Shown here: positions 1 through 10,293 of the stretch, one piece after another
Numbering within the stretch: the stretch's first letter is position 1
Layout: each line of letters starts with the position of its first letter
Source: Gemmatimonadaceae bacterium
GTDB taxonomy: Bacteria > Gemmatimonadota > Gemmatimonadetes > Gemmatimonadales > Gemmatimonadaceae
Direction: 5' to 3'
Assembly (NCBI GenBank): GCA_045803545.1
Contig: JBJMOW010000006.1
Location: 160,001-224,000 of the forward strand
DNA length: 64,000 nucleotides
Position numbers and translations under genes: made by a program
The notes under the pieces: generated by a model
Seen by the model: only the letters and a program-made list of their open reading frames with translations
Told to the model about the DNA's origin: nothing
Databases searched by the model: none

Positions 1-1081
<1,081 letters not shown>

Positions 1082-1097
1082 AATCGTCCTAGATCGC

Positions 1098-1643
1098 ATG
1101 GCAACCAGAGAGGGTCCAGAGTTGATAGGTCTCGCGCAACGCACGCTGCGCGATTTGCGGCTGCGCGTCGCCGGCGCCAGTGGCGGCGGCCCCGACGCAC
1201 TGCGCGAGGCTGGATACGCTGGGGCACCATCTCTGTTCGACGCCTTCGAGCAATGGCTCGAGGAGCGCGGATTCGGCCGCGCCGAAGATCTGGAAATCGA
1301 CGAGTTCTCCCAGCGCGCGGGTGAATTCTTTGAGAATGCCGGTTGGGGCGGCGTGACGTTCCGCTCGCTCCACGATGCGCTCGCGGTGATCGACATCGAG
1401 GATTGCTGGGAGGCACAGCTGCACGGCGAAGGCGAGCGCGGCTGCCATCTCACCACGGGCACTCTCGCCGGGTTCCTCGGCTGCCTCGCCGATTATCCAG
1501 TCGGGGTGATGGAGATCGAGTGTTCGACCGGATCTCCGGCGCGGTGTCGGTTCTTAGCGGGGAACGCAGAGATGCTCGAGCACGCGTACGAGCGAATTGC
1601 GCGGGGAGAATCGTGGGAGACTATTGGCGCTGGAGAGTTCTAA
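1098..1643 (+). CDS. Stand-alone V4R (4-vinyl reductase-like) domain protein
   Basis: ATG at 1098; GWG motif followed by DCWEA...GCHLTTGTLAGFL...VMEIEC...CRF, the V4R Cys/Glu/Cys/Cys pattern. Confidence 0.8.
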   Translation: MATREGPELIGLAQRTLRDLRLRVAGASGGGPDALREAGYAGAPSLFDAFEQWLEERGFGRAEDLEIDEFSQRAGEFFENAGWGGVTFRSLHDALAVIDIEDCWEAQLHGEGERGCHLTTGTLAGFLGCLADYPVGVMEIECSTGSPARCRFLAGNAEMLEHAYERIARGESWETIGAGEF

Positions 1644-1866
1644 AGCTGCGGGAGGAGAGCTAACAGATTGTTGCGAGCTGCGGGCTAGTTGCGAGATGAG
1701 AGCTAACTGCGAGACGAGGGCTCGCTGCGAAATGAGGGCTTGCTGCGAAATGAGGGCATTGCGAACAAATCGGAAGGGCGGCTAGCTCTGAACCCGCAAC
1801 TAGCCCGCAGCTCGCAACCAGCCCGCAGCTCGCAACAATTTGTTAGCTCTCATCCCGCAGCTTTTA
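1641..1866. repeat. MITE/REP-like element with ~45-bp terminal inverted repeats and internal 18-bp tandem repeats
   Basis: 1642-1686 AAAGCTGCGGGAGGAGAGCTAACAGATTGTTGCGAGCTGCGGGCT is the reverse complement of ~1820-1864 with 2 mismatches. Five TGCGA-starting ~18-bp units lie at 1672, 1690, 1708, 1726 and 1744. Confidence 0.85.
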
Positions 1867-2394
1867 CTCGGGTTCGAGGGCTTCTGCGTACAATGGATTG
1901 AGCACGAGCTCTCCATCGACGAGGATTTCGCGGTCCCAGGGCAGAACGATCGTGCTCTCGGTCGCAACCGCGTGAAAATCGGGAGCGAACGGGCCGGTGC
2001 GAAATGCAACCGCGGTGCGAACGTCCACCGCACCGGCATCCAGAACGGCCGCTGTAGCCAATCTGATCGTGTCGCCGGAGTCGCAGGTTTCATCCACGAT
2101 CAGCACCCGTCGACCTCGCACATCACGCGGTGCAGTGCCGAATACTTCCGGCGATTCGCGGAAATACTCGGCGTGGTATTTCCGGCTGACCATCAGCGAG
2201 TGAAACTCGCGTCCAAGAATTGCCGCGATGACCGCTCCGGGAATCACCCCAGCAGTCGCGATGCCGATTACGACCTCGGGGTCATAGGCGCGAGCGACCT
2301 TCAGAGCCAGTCCGCGAGATAGCTCGCCGAACAGCGGCCACTCGATTTCGAGCACGCCTTTGGCAGCATCTACTGTCCGTTTGCGCGGTGACAT
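1864..2394 (-). CDS. Type I phosphoribosyltransferase family protein
   Basis: VVIGIATAG loop and PRPP-binding motif RRVLIVDETCDSGDT; C-terminal LPWD. Confidence 0.9.
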   Translation of the reverse strand: MSPRKRTVDAAKGVLEIEWPLFGELSRGLALKVARAYDPEVVIGIATAGVIPGAVIAAILGREFHSLMVSRKYHAEYFRESPEVFGTAPRDVRGRRVLIVDETCDSGDTIRLATAAVLDAGAVDVRTAVAFRTGPFAPDFHAVATESTIVLPWDREILVDGELVLNPLYAEALEPE

Positions 2395-2471
2395 TTCGCT
2401 CTCAAATGGTTCAGGGAAAAGCAGTTAGGTTAAGCTAGCCCTCTAAACTGATAGTCGGTAGATTCGACCAA

Positions 2472-2957
2472 ATGTCAATCTGGGACCGCTTGACGGGCGG
2501 CGGAAAACCGAAGCCTCGTCAGCCCGACAATCTCGACTACCTCAGCGAGGCGCTGGCGTTGGAACGCCAGGGTGACTACGACGCCGCGCTGACGTCATAT
2601 CGGCTTGCCCTCAGACAGAAACCCAACAATCACAAGGTTTTGCAGAACATGGCCATCGCTTACTCAAAGCTTGGTCAGCTCGACGAAGCCGTTCGCTGTT
2701 ATCGGCGCGCGCTAACAATCGAGCCCAAGCTTTCAGGAGCGCACTACGGCCTGGCCTTTCTTCTCTTGCGTCGCGGTGATGTAAGCGACGCTGCATATCA
2801 TCTCGAAGCGTTTCTGATCGATCCCCCACGCAGTCCCGAAGCCGAACGCTGGGTGAAGCACGCACAAAAAACACTCGACGAGATGAAAGGCTCCGCCGAA
2901 CCTCCTCCATCGAGCCCCAAGGTGAGAGCGAGCGAGATCCCGGGGATTCTAGAGTAG
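2472..2957 (+). CDS. Tetratricopeptide repeat protein
   Basis: About three TPR units (GDYDAALTSYRLAL, LGQLDEAVRCYRRAL, AHYGLAFLL). Confidence 0.88.
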   Translation: MSIWDRLTGGGKPKPRQPDNLDYLSEALALERQGDYDAALTSYRLALRQKPNNHKVLQNMAIAYSKLGQLDEAVRCYRRALTIEPKLSGAHYGLAFLLLRRGDVSDAAYHLEAFLIDPPRSPEAERWVKHAQKTLDEMKGSAEPPPSSPKVRASEIPGILE

Positions 2958-3725
2958 ATGGGAGCTGTCCTCGCCGTCGTAAGCCAGAAGGGAGGAGTCG
3001 GCAAAACCACCACCGCAGTCAATCTCGCCGCTGCATTCGCGCGACGCGGGATGAAGACACTGTTGATCGACGTCGACCCACAGGGGTCGGTGCGATATGG
3101 TGCCGGACTTCAACGCGGACACGAGACTGCCGGCTTCGCAGATTATCTCAATGGCACTCGCACTCTCAGGGAGATAATTCTCCCCACCGCGCTGCCCTGG
3201 CTCCGCGTTATTCTCGCCGGATCCGTCGCAGATGAAGCGGATCACGCCGTCTATTCCCAGCTGGTGCGCGAGACCAACGTGCTCCAGGAGCTCTTGCAGA
3301 TGGCCGAACAGCGGTGCCAGGTAGTGGTCGTCGACACTCCGCCTGGACTCGGCTCCATCGCGCGAAAAGTTCTCGGCGGGGCCGAGCACGTGATCGTGCC
3401 GCTGCAGTGCGAGCCGCTGGCGCTGCAGACGACGCCACAAATCCTGCGAATGATTCAGGACATCGTCGGCGTCAATGAACGGCTCACGCTCGACGGTATA
3501 CTTCTCACGATGTTCGAAGAGAACAATCCGGCCAGCGACCGGGTAGTTGAATACGTGAGAAGGCATCTCCCCGCCAACATCGTTTTCGACGTCGTCATTC
3601 CGCGCACGGTCGCGACTGCCGACGCATTTGCTGCCGGTCAACCCGTCGTTGTCCGCAGTCCGGCCGACGCTGCCGCACAGGCTTATGTGAACCTCGCCAC
3701 CATTCTCGCCGACCGGCTGGTATGA
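2958..3725 (+). CDS. ParA/Soj/MinD family ATPase
   Basis: Deviant Walker A KGGVGKTT, IDVDPQG, DTPP and C-terminal AYVNLA. Confidence 0.93.
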   Translation: MGAVLAVVSQKGGVGKTTTAVNLAAAFARRGMKTLLIDVDPQGSVRYGAGLQRGHETAGFADYLNGTRTLREIILPTALPWLRVILAGSVADEADHAVYSQLVRETNVLQELLQMAEQRCQVVVVDTPPGLGSIARKVLGGAEHVIVPLQCEPLALQTTPQILRMIQDIVGVNERLTLDGILLTMFEENNPASDRVVEYVRRHLPANIVFDVVIPRTVATADAFAAGQPVVVRSPADAAAQAYVNLATILADRLV

Positions 3726-4534
3726 TCTCGAGATTTGGCGCCGCGCGATCAGCGCGTGGGAGAGCCATTGGATTCGTCGCCGGCTTCGTTGGGGTCGTTG
3801 CGGTGCCGTCGATCATCGCGCTTGCCTGCAACGACATCAGCGGTAACTCCGATTCGATTCTTTCACTTCAGTTCGATACACTCGCCTCGCCGTCAGTAGT
3901 CGTCGGCGATACGCTGCGCGACACGAGTGGCAAGGTCGTGCTTCCGACGGTTCACGCGTTCAACTACAAAGGCGGCGAGATCACGTCCGCGACAATCTAT
4001 TTTCAGTCGCCGGATTCGGGCGTGACGGTCGATAGCGCAACCGGAGTCATCGTTGGCGACAGCCTGAGATCGACTCCGGCGAGAATTATTGCGACCGTCG
4101 GCAAGCTGCAGGCGATTCAGCGGATCAATCTTACTCTGAGACCTGATACAATCGTTCCATCCAACGCCGTCGATACGATTTTTTTCTCTCTGCTCGATAG
4201 CACCAGGGACACCTCAGAGGTGATGAAAGTCAAACTGCTACACGGCCTGGCGACTAGCGACAGCGTCGTCAGCAATTACATCGTGAGTTTCGCGATTGTA
4301 TCGCAGAGCAATCCGAATCTCGCAGACCTGATAACCGAAGGCGGCAAGCTCTCGCGGGTCGACACAACCGACGGCAGTGGCATAGCGGGACGCAAGATTC
4401 TGGTGCATCCTGTGAACCTCGGCAGCGCCACCGCGGTCGACTCGGTGATTGTGCAGGCCACGGCTAAATATCGCGGGCAGTTGGTAGCGGGCAGTCCAGT
4501 GCGATTGGTCGTTGTGCTTCAGCCCGGCAGCTAG
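3722..4534 (+). CDS. Putative lipoprotein with Ig-like beta-rich domains
   Basis: Arg-rich N-terminus, hydrophobic stretch and lipobox ALAC; S/T/V-rich body; ATGA overlap with parA. Confidence 0.7.
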   Translation: MISRFGAARSARGRAIGFVAGFVGVVAVPSIIALACNDISGNSDSILSLQFDTLASPSVVVGDTLRDTSGKVVLPTVHAFNYKGGEITSATIYFQSPDSGVTVDSATGVIVGDSLRSTPARIIATVGKLQAIQRINLTLRPDTIVPSNAVDTIFFSLLDSTRDTSEVMKVKLLHGLATSDSVVSNYIVSFAIVSQSNPNLADLITEGGKLSRVDTTDGSGIAGRKILVHPVNLGSATAVDSVIVQATAKYRGQLVAGSPVRLVVVLQPGS

Positions 4535-4561
4535 ACTTTTCCTCGAGAGGGTGAGCAATAC

Positions 4562-6415
4562 GTGATGCAAGCCAGAGGAGGACCGCGCCCGACTCCGGGC
4601 ACGCTCAATCAACTTTTCTTCGACGCCGCGGACAGGTTCAAGAAACCAAATGCGCTGCAGTACAGAAAGGACGGCGCATATCGGCCGATTTCTCACGCCG
4701 AAATCGTTGAGCGCGTACGACACCTGGCGCGCGGTCTGGCATCGCTGGGGATTCGTCGCGGCGATCGCGTTGCGATCCTTTCCGAGAACCGGCCGGAGTG
4801 GGCGATTGCCGACTTCGCATGCCTCACTGGCGGGATGACCGATGTTCCCATCTATCCTACCATTCCATCGGAGCAGATCGCGTACATCCTCAAGGATTCG
4901 GGCGCCGCCGCAATCTTCGTTTCCAATCAGGTCCAGGCCGAGAAGATACGCGAGATAAGGAGTCAGCTTTCGGCGCTCAAGGCGGTCATCGGATTCGACG
5001 AGCTTCCCGGACTCGCCAACATGTCGATCGCGGAGCTGGAGAAGCGCGGCACCCAGGGTGAGAACCGTGAGACGATCGCCACATACCGCGAAGACGCGAT
5101 GACGGTGCGGCCGGACGACATCGCTACAATTATCTACACATCAGGAACCACGGGCGAGCCGAAGGGCGTGATGCTGACCCACGACAACATCTATTCAAAC
5201 GTCCAGGCAGCTCGCACTGCGATTCCGTTCGAAGGCGAGGATACGGCGCTCAGTTTTCTACCGCTGTCGCATATCTTCGAGCGGATGGGCGGTCATTATC
5301 TGATGTGGGCGACCGGCACCTCGATCGCGTACGCCGAGTCGATCGACACGGTGCCGATCAATCTGCAGGAAGTGAAACCGACGATCGTCCTATCCGTGCC
5401 GCGACTCTACGAGAAGATGTACGCCCGCGTACTCGAGACGGCGCTCACCGGCGGTTTTCTGAAGAAGAAGATTTTTTTCTGGGCGCGTAGTGTCGCAGAT
5501 CGTTGGGCCTCAGAGCGCCTCGCTGGCCGCACCCCGGCTGGAATGTTGGCGAGCCAATACGGAATTGCGCAGAAGCTGGTCTTCTCCAAACTCAAGGCGA
5601 GAACTGGCGGCCGCCTCAGATACTTCGTTTCAGGCGGCGCTCCTCTCGCCCCGGAGATCAACAAGTTCTTTTATGCGGCGGGTCTCGAGATCCTCGAGGG
5701 ATACGGGCTGACGGAAACTTCGCCCGTCATCGCCGTGAACACACCGGAGAACTTCCAGATCGGAACCGTCGGCAAGCCCATTGATGGAGTCGAGGTCGAG
5801 ATCGCAGCTGACGGTGAGATTCTGACGCGCGGCCCGCACGTCATGAAAGGCTACTACAACAAGCCTGACGCGACGCGCGAAGCCATTGATCCCGACGGTT
5901 GGTTTCACACCGGAGACATTGGCGAGATTCGCGACGGCTTCCTCGCCATCACCGATCGCAAAAAAGACATCATCGTCACCGCTGGTGGGAAAAATATCGC
6001 GCCACAACCGCTGGAGAATAAAGTCAAAACCAACAAGTACATTGCTCAGGCGGTAATGATCGGCGACAAGCGGAAGTTCCCGTCGATGTTGGTCGTCCCG
6101 AATTTCGACCAGCTCGAGAAATGGGCGATGAAGCGCAACATCATCTGGACCGATCGTGCTCAGCTGCTGCGGATGCCGACGATTCAGGCGAAGATGGAGC
6201 GCGAGGTGGCGACGGAGCTCAAGGGCGCCGCGCATTTCGAGGTGCCGAAGAAAATCGGCTTGCTGGAGCACGATTTCTCTATCGAGAGTGGCGAGCTGAC
6301 GCCGACGCAGAAGGTCAAACGTCGTGTCATCGACAAGAATTACAAAGCGCTGATCGACTCGCTATACGATGAAGCTGAGAAGACTGGCGTAACCGACCAG
6401 CACGCGATCGCCTGA
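4562..6415 (+). CDS. Long-chain fatty acid-CoA ligase (FadD15-like AMP-binding enzyme)
   Basis: YTSGTTGEPKG, GYGLTET, GWFHTGDIG, DRKKD and ELTPTQKVKR motifs. Confidence 0.95.
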   Translation: MMQARGGPRPTPGTLNQLFFDAADRFKKPNALQYRKDGAYRPISHAEIVERVRHLARGLASLGIRRGDRVAILSENRPEWAIADFACLTGGMTDVPIYPTIPSEQIAYILKDSGAAAIFVSNQVQAEKIREIRSQLSALKAVIGFDELPGLANMSIAELEKRGTQGENRETIATYREDAMTVRPDDIATIIYTSGTTGEPKGVMLTHDNIYSNVQAARTAIPFEGEDTALSFLPLSHIFERMGGHYLMWATGTSIAYAESIDTVPINLQEVKPTIVLSVPRLYEKMYARVLETALTGGFLKKKIFFWARSVADRWASERLAGRTPAGMLASQYGIAQKLVFSKLKARTGGRLRYFVSGGAPLAPEINKFFYAAGLEILEGYGLTETSPVIAVNTPENFQIGTVGKPIDGVEVEIAADGEILTRGPHVMKGYYNKPDATREAIDPDGWFHTGDIGEIRDGFLAITDRKKDIIVTAGGKNIAPQPLENKVKTNKYIAQAVMIGDKRKFPSMLVVPNFDQLEKWAMKRNIIWTDRAQLLRMPTIQAKMEREVATELKGAAHFEVPKKIGLLEHDFSIESGELTPTQKVKRRVIDKNYKALIDSLYDEAEKTGVTDQHAIA

Positions 6416-7249
6416 TTAACGCTTGCGACCAACCGCGAGTAAGTGGGCGCTGCTACCAATCACGAATGGCTCCCGCTCAAGCATCCGCGCGACGCTGAGG
6501 ATCATTGCCCTGCGTTCGGGATTCTGCCAGCGCTCGGAAAAATCCGTCAGCAGCCACGCCGGCCCTTCTATTCCATAGAGGTTTTCCACCGCCAGCCCGC
6601 CTAGTGCGAGCTCATCCGACAGTTCGTCAGGGCGATGGAAGTAAGCGGTGGTGAAGAAATCGGCTCGCTCCGTTTCGTTGCGGTGCTGCCCTTCCCGAAT
6701 ATCGCGATCGACGATTCCTGCAAATCGCTTGTCGAGGAACAGCTCACGAGCCAGGCCATCAAGTGCCGACGCCCAGCGAGAGATCGCGGCGGCGAACAGA
6801 ACTCCACCGCGCTGCAGCACGCGGCATCCCTCGCGCAGCGCCGTCACTCTGTCTTCGGCTTCGGTCAGATGGTAAAGCGGACCGAGCATCAGAACGACCG
6901 ACACACTTTCGTCGTCGGCCGGAATATTTCGCGCGTCTCCGACGCTGCACGCGATCAGGCGGTGCGAGGCCGTTGAGTTGCGATACCGTGCTTCCTCGAT
7001 CAAACGAGGAGAGGCGTCGACGAGCTGCACCTGATAGCCGCGTTCCGCGAGCCAGAAGGCATACACGCCGGCACCACCACCAACATCGACGACCTCGGCC
7101 GGTGCTTTCGGCAGATGTCGCTCGATCAGCTCGCGGGTGCGCGCCTCCTCGAGAGGGCCAGGCCCGAATTGCAGCCGGGTCTCTTCGGCGTTCCGCTGAT
7201 AATAGGCCTCTATGTGCGGGTCGAAGCGAGGTGGCGCGCTGTCGCTCAT
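6416..7249 (-). CDS. Class I SAM-dependent methyltransferase
   Basis: VVDVGGGAG motif I; LMLGPLYHL; LQRGG. Confidence 0.9.
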   Translation of the reverse strand: MSDSAPPRFDPHIEAYYQRNAEETRLQFGPGPLEEARTRELIERHLPKAPAEVVDVGGGAGVYAFWLAERGYQVQLVDASPRLIEEARYRNSTASHRLIACSVGDARNIPADDESVSVVLMLGPLYHLTEAEDRVTALREGCRVLQRGGVLFAAAISRWASALDGLARELFLDKRFAGIVDRDIREGQHRNETERADFFTTAYFHRPDELSDELALGGLAVENLYGIEGPAWLLTDFSERWQNPERRAMILSVARMLEREPFVIGSSAHLLAVGRKR

Positions 7250-7722
7250 CGATGGGTGGGGACAGCATCATACACTTCAATTCCAATCAGAATGAATTGA
7301 GGCGGCTGAGTTGGCATCACAATGTCGGACACCCATATCACAACAAATTTCTCCGGTACGAGAGCGCTCAGGGATTGACGGCGACCGTCCTGAGACTCGA
7401 TCGGCAAGCAGGTCGGGGTTTGAAAGACAGGTTCAGGATAGGGATAGGAGCCACCTCCAATCCCATTTGTCGAGACCGTCAGGATTCCAGAAGTCGAATC
7501 GTAACTTTGAATGAAAGCGCTGATGTTCCTGCCGCGACGATCCAGCGGGCGGTTGCACGATCGCGTCACCGTGATTGTGGTGCCGGCTCCTCGAAAAGGT
7601 ACCCGGCTTATTGAGGGCAGCGTCGCCCTCGACCTCAGTTGCGCCGACGCGGTAGTGAGACAAGCTGATACTGCGCTGACCCCAAGAACCAGGAAACCGA
7701 TGGTGACGGCATTCGCGCGCAT
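7246..7722 (-). CDS. Hypothetical exported protein
   Basis: N-terminal signal-like sequence (MRANAVTIGFLVLGVSAVSAC); ATGA overlap with the methyltransferase gene. Confidence 0.55.
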   Translation of the reverse strand: MRANAVTIGFLVLGVSAVSACLTTASAQLRSRATLPSISRVPFRGAGTTITVTRSCNRPLDRRGRNISAFIQSYDSTSGILTVSTNGIGGGSYPYPEPVFQTPTCLPIESQDGRRQSLSALVPEKFVVIWVSDIVMPTQPPQFILIGIEVYDAVPTHR

Positions 7723-7847
7723 TGCTCCTCCCTACGTCCGCTGATTGGCGCCCGGCCCCGTTCACAAATACGTTACAACGCTTCAACGATCCGGGAATAG
7801 TTTATTCCCTGGCACGGAGTTCCGCACTTCACCGGTTAGACACACCA

Positions 7848-8873
7848 ATGACGAAATTCGCCAGTATCCTCGAGACCGTCGGCAGAACGCCGATTGTGAA
7901 GATCAATCGCATTGCGCCGGCGAACGTCAACATGTATGTCAAAATCGAAGCCTTCAACCCGCTCGGGTCGGTCAAAGACCGCCTCGCCCTCGGCGTGATC
8001 GAAGATGCAGAGAAGAAAGGCCAGCTCAAGCCGGGTCAAACCGTGGTCGAAGCCACGAGCGGTAACACCGGAATTGGCTTGGCGATGGTGTGCGCGGCGA
8101 AGGGCTACCCGCTCGTCGTCACCATGGCGGAATCGTTCAGCGTCGAGCGCCGCAAATTGATGCGGTTCCTCGGCGCAAAGGTTGTATTGACGCCGGCGCC
8201 CGAGGGCGGAACAGGCATGGTCAGGAAAGCGAACGCGCTGGCGAAGAAAAATGGCTGGTTCCTCACGCGTCAGTTCGAGAACGAAGCGAATGCCGATTAT
8301 CACTCACGGACGACTGCACGCGAGATCGTCGATGATTTCAACGGCGAGCGACTCGATTACTGGGTAACAGGCTTTGGAACCGGCGGCACACTCAAGGGCG
8401 TCGGAAGAGTGCTGGAGAAAGAGAGGCCCGAGGTGAAAATCATTTTGGCCGAGCCCGCCGACGCCCCGATGGTGAGCAGCAAGACGGCACAGGAGCGAAA
8501 CGCAGATGGGTCACCCGCAAGCCGTCACCCCTCGTGGAAGCCACACCCGATTCAGGGTTGGAGCCCGGATTTCATCCCGAAGCTCACGGGCGATGCGATG
8601 GAGATGTCACTGGTAGATCGGGTCATCACGATCCCCGGGCCCGTGGCAATGAATTGGAGCAAGCAGCTCGCGCAAAAGGAAGGAATCTTCGTTGGCATAT
8701 CAGCGGGCGCTTCCTTCGCGGCCGCACTCGAGGTAGCAAATGGTGCTCCGAAGGGCACAACGATTCTGGCGATGCTACCCGACACCGGCGAGCGCTATCT
8801 CAGCACGCCGCTGTTCGCTGACATTGTGCCGGAGATGAACGAGGAAGAGGCTGCCCTGGCAGCATCGGTTTAG
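7848..8873 (+). CDS. cysK: Cysteine synthase A (PLP-dependent)
   Basis: NPLGSVKDR (PLP lysine), EATSGNTG, GTGGT and PDTGERYLST; ATG at 7848. Confidence 0.92.
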   Translation: MTKFASILETVGRTPIVKINRIAPANVNMYVKIEAFNPLGSVKDRLALGVIEDAEKKGQLKPGQTVVEATSGNTGIGLAMVCAAKGYPLVVTMAESFSVERRKLMRFLGAKVVLTPAPEGGTGMVRKANALAKKNGWFLTRQFENEANADYHSRTTAREIVDDFNGERLDYWVTGFGTGGTLKGVGRVLEKERPEVKIILAEPADAPMVSSKTAQERNADGSPASRHPSWKPHPIQGWSPDFIPKLTGDAMEMSLVDRVITIPGPVAMNWSKQLAQKEGIFVGISAGASFAAALEVANGAPKGTTILAMLPDTGERYLSTPLFADIVPEMNEEEAALAASV

Positions 8874-8897
8874 CCGAGCAGCTAGAGCGCCTCGCGC

Positions 8898-9383
8898 TCA
8901 CCCAATCCGTGGCAGGGAATCGTGGCTGGGGAAGCCACCGGCGTCGAGTTCCTGTGATTCGGAGTCGGTGATTCGCAGCACTGCAAACGCTTCGTGCGAG
9001 AGCACGCCGAGCATTAGCTCGCCGTCCCGGTAAAGGATCGGATCTTCGAACCATCCGTCCTGCCAGGGATCGTACTGAAAAAAACCCTCCCTGAGCGCGT
9101 CCTTCAGAGCGATGATCGATGTTTCGTTCAGCGCCCACCGTTCAGTGGGACGAGACAGATCATCCGCCGTGCGACCACTCATTCGCTCCAGTTTCGCCTC
9201 GCCAAGCGAGAGCGGGCGCACCAGTTCGTCGAACTGTTCCCATCTATCTCCGGCACCACTCGCTTTGCTCGAGAGAAAGTCGATCGTGAACTCGTTCGCA
9301 CCGAGACTCATGCACCATTCGACGAGCTTCCAGCTCTTCGCGACGGAGTAATCGCTCGGAATTAGATATCGTTTGATCAACAA
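8898..9383 (-). CDS. Hypothetical protein
   Basis: 161-aa ORF with plausible composition filling the gap in a minus-strand gene run; no family recognised. Confidence 0.6.
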   Translation of the reverse strand: MLIKRYLIPSDYSVAKSWKLVEWCMSLGANEFTIDFLSSKASGAGDRWEQFDELVRPLSLGEAKLERMSGRTADDLSRPTERWALNETSIIALKDALREGFFQYDPWQDGWFEDPILYRDGELMLGVLSHEAFAVLRITDSESQELDAGGFPSHDSLPRIG

Positions 9384-9408
9384 TCGTCGGTGAGCTTGGT
9401 CACGTGAC

Positions 9409-9852
9409 TTAGAGAGCTTTGCGAAACGTTACAATCCGCTCGACTTCCGTGTACCCCGAAGCCTTGTGTGCGCGATGGCTGGTATCGTTGTCGAGCAGCG
9501 CATCCGACGCCATCTCGCGATAGCCCTGGCGCCTCGCCCAGTCTTCGGCGGCATCGAGAAGGGCTCGCCCGTAACCCTGTCTACGAAAGTCGTCGTCGAC
9601 GTACCAGGCCTCGACATACCCAACGGGTGTGGTATCGCAACCTTCGGCGTAAGGACGCGAGCCAGCTTCTACGAAGCCAGCAAGCGAGCCATTTCCACGA
9701 TCGAGGACAAAGACTTCGCCGTCAGAGCGCGCGCGAAACTCGCTCATGCCATTCGCCAGGTCGGCTTCCGTGCAGTCGTTAAAAAGTGCGAGACTCATTC
9801 GCAGCCATTCTGCCCAGTCTGAGTCCCGGTAGCGACGAACCTGCAGGGGCAT
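9409..9852 (-). CDS. GNAT acetyltransferase of the aminoglycoside 6'-N-acetyltransferase (AAC(6')-I)-like type
   Basis: GFVEAGSRPYAEGC-TTPVGYVEAWYV, RRQGYG and MASDALLDNDTSHRAH...ERIVTFRK match the AAC(6')-Iy/Ic-like pattern. Confidence 0.8.
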   Translation of the reverse strand: MPLQVRRYRDSDWAEWLRMSLALFNDCTEADLANGMSEFRARSDGEVFVLDRGNGSLAGFVEAGSRPYAEGCDTTPVGYVEAWYVDDDFRRQGYGRALLDAAEDWARRQGYREMASDALLDNDTSHRAHKASGYTEVERIVTFRKAL

Positions 9853-9859
9853 ACTGCGT

Positions 9860-10285
9860 TCAGTGCCAGAGTTGGAGGAGGCCAGAGATCGCCTCGAACA
9901 CGAGATCCATAGCGCCTTCCGTCCCCAGCAATTTCTTTATTTGTTGTGGACCGTCCGAGGCCTCAATGCCAATGCGATGGCGGACGGCGTCATATTCTCC
10001 AGCGTCGAGCCAGATCCCATCACACGTCATGCAGCGGTCGATCTCGATGCCCTCGATGGTCTGCGCGGCCATGGAAATCTTGCAGCCAGGGCAAGCGCGA
10101 TATTTTCGCCGAACACGACGCTCTTCTGGAACGCGTCGAGTGGCCTGCGAAAGCCGTTTAGGATCTATGAGCTCTACGCGCGCACTGTGCGGCAGCCAAA
10201 GCCCCCGACATTCGGGGCATGAAGCAAAACCGGTCGATCCAACAAGCTCCTCAACGAGCTCGGCGCGATCGACCGGGCACTTCAT
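9860..10285 (-). CDS. Tandem zf-TFIIB-like zinc-ribbon protein
   Basis: CPVD...CPECRGLW and CPGC...IEIDRCMTCDGIWLDAGE; start taken at MKCP. Confidence 0.8.
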   Translation of the reverse strand: MKCPVDRAELVEELVGSTGFASCPECRGLWLPHSARVELIDPKRLSQATRRVPEERRVRRKYRACPGCKISMAAQTIEGIEIDRCMTCDGIWLDAGEYDAVRHRIGIEASDGPQQIKKLLGTEGAMDLVFEAISGLLQLWH

Positions 10286-10293
10286 AACGACGC

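Noticed and set aside
1672..1765. 18-bp repeats as a CRISPR array
   Set aside because: The units are directly tandem with no unique spacers, they are degenerate, and no cas genes are present.
1597..1785. 62-aa ORF with CExRAx repeats as a Cys-rich peptide or RiPP precursor
   Set aside because: It is the translation of the 18-bp repeat, overlaps the V4R gene, has a weak start, and no modifying enzymes are adjacent.
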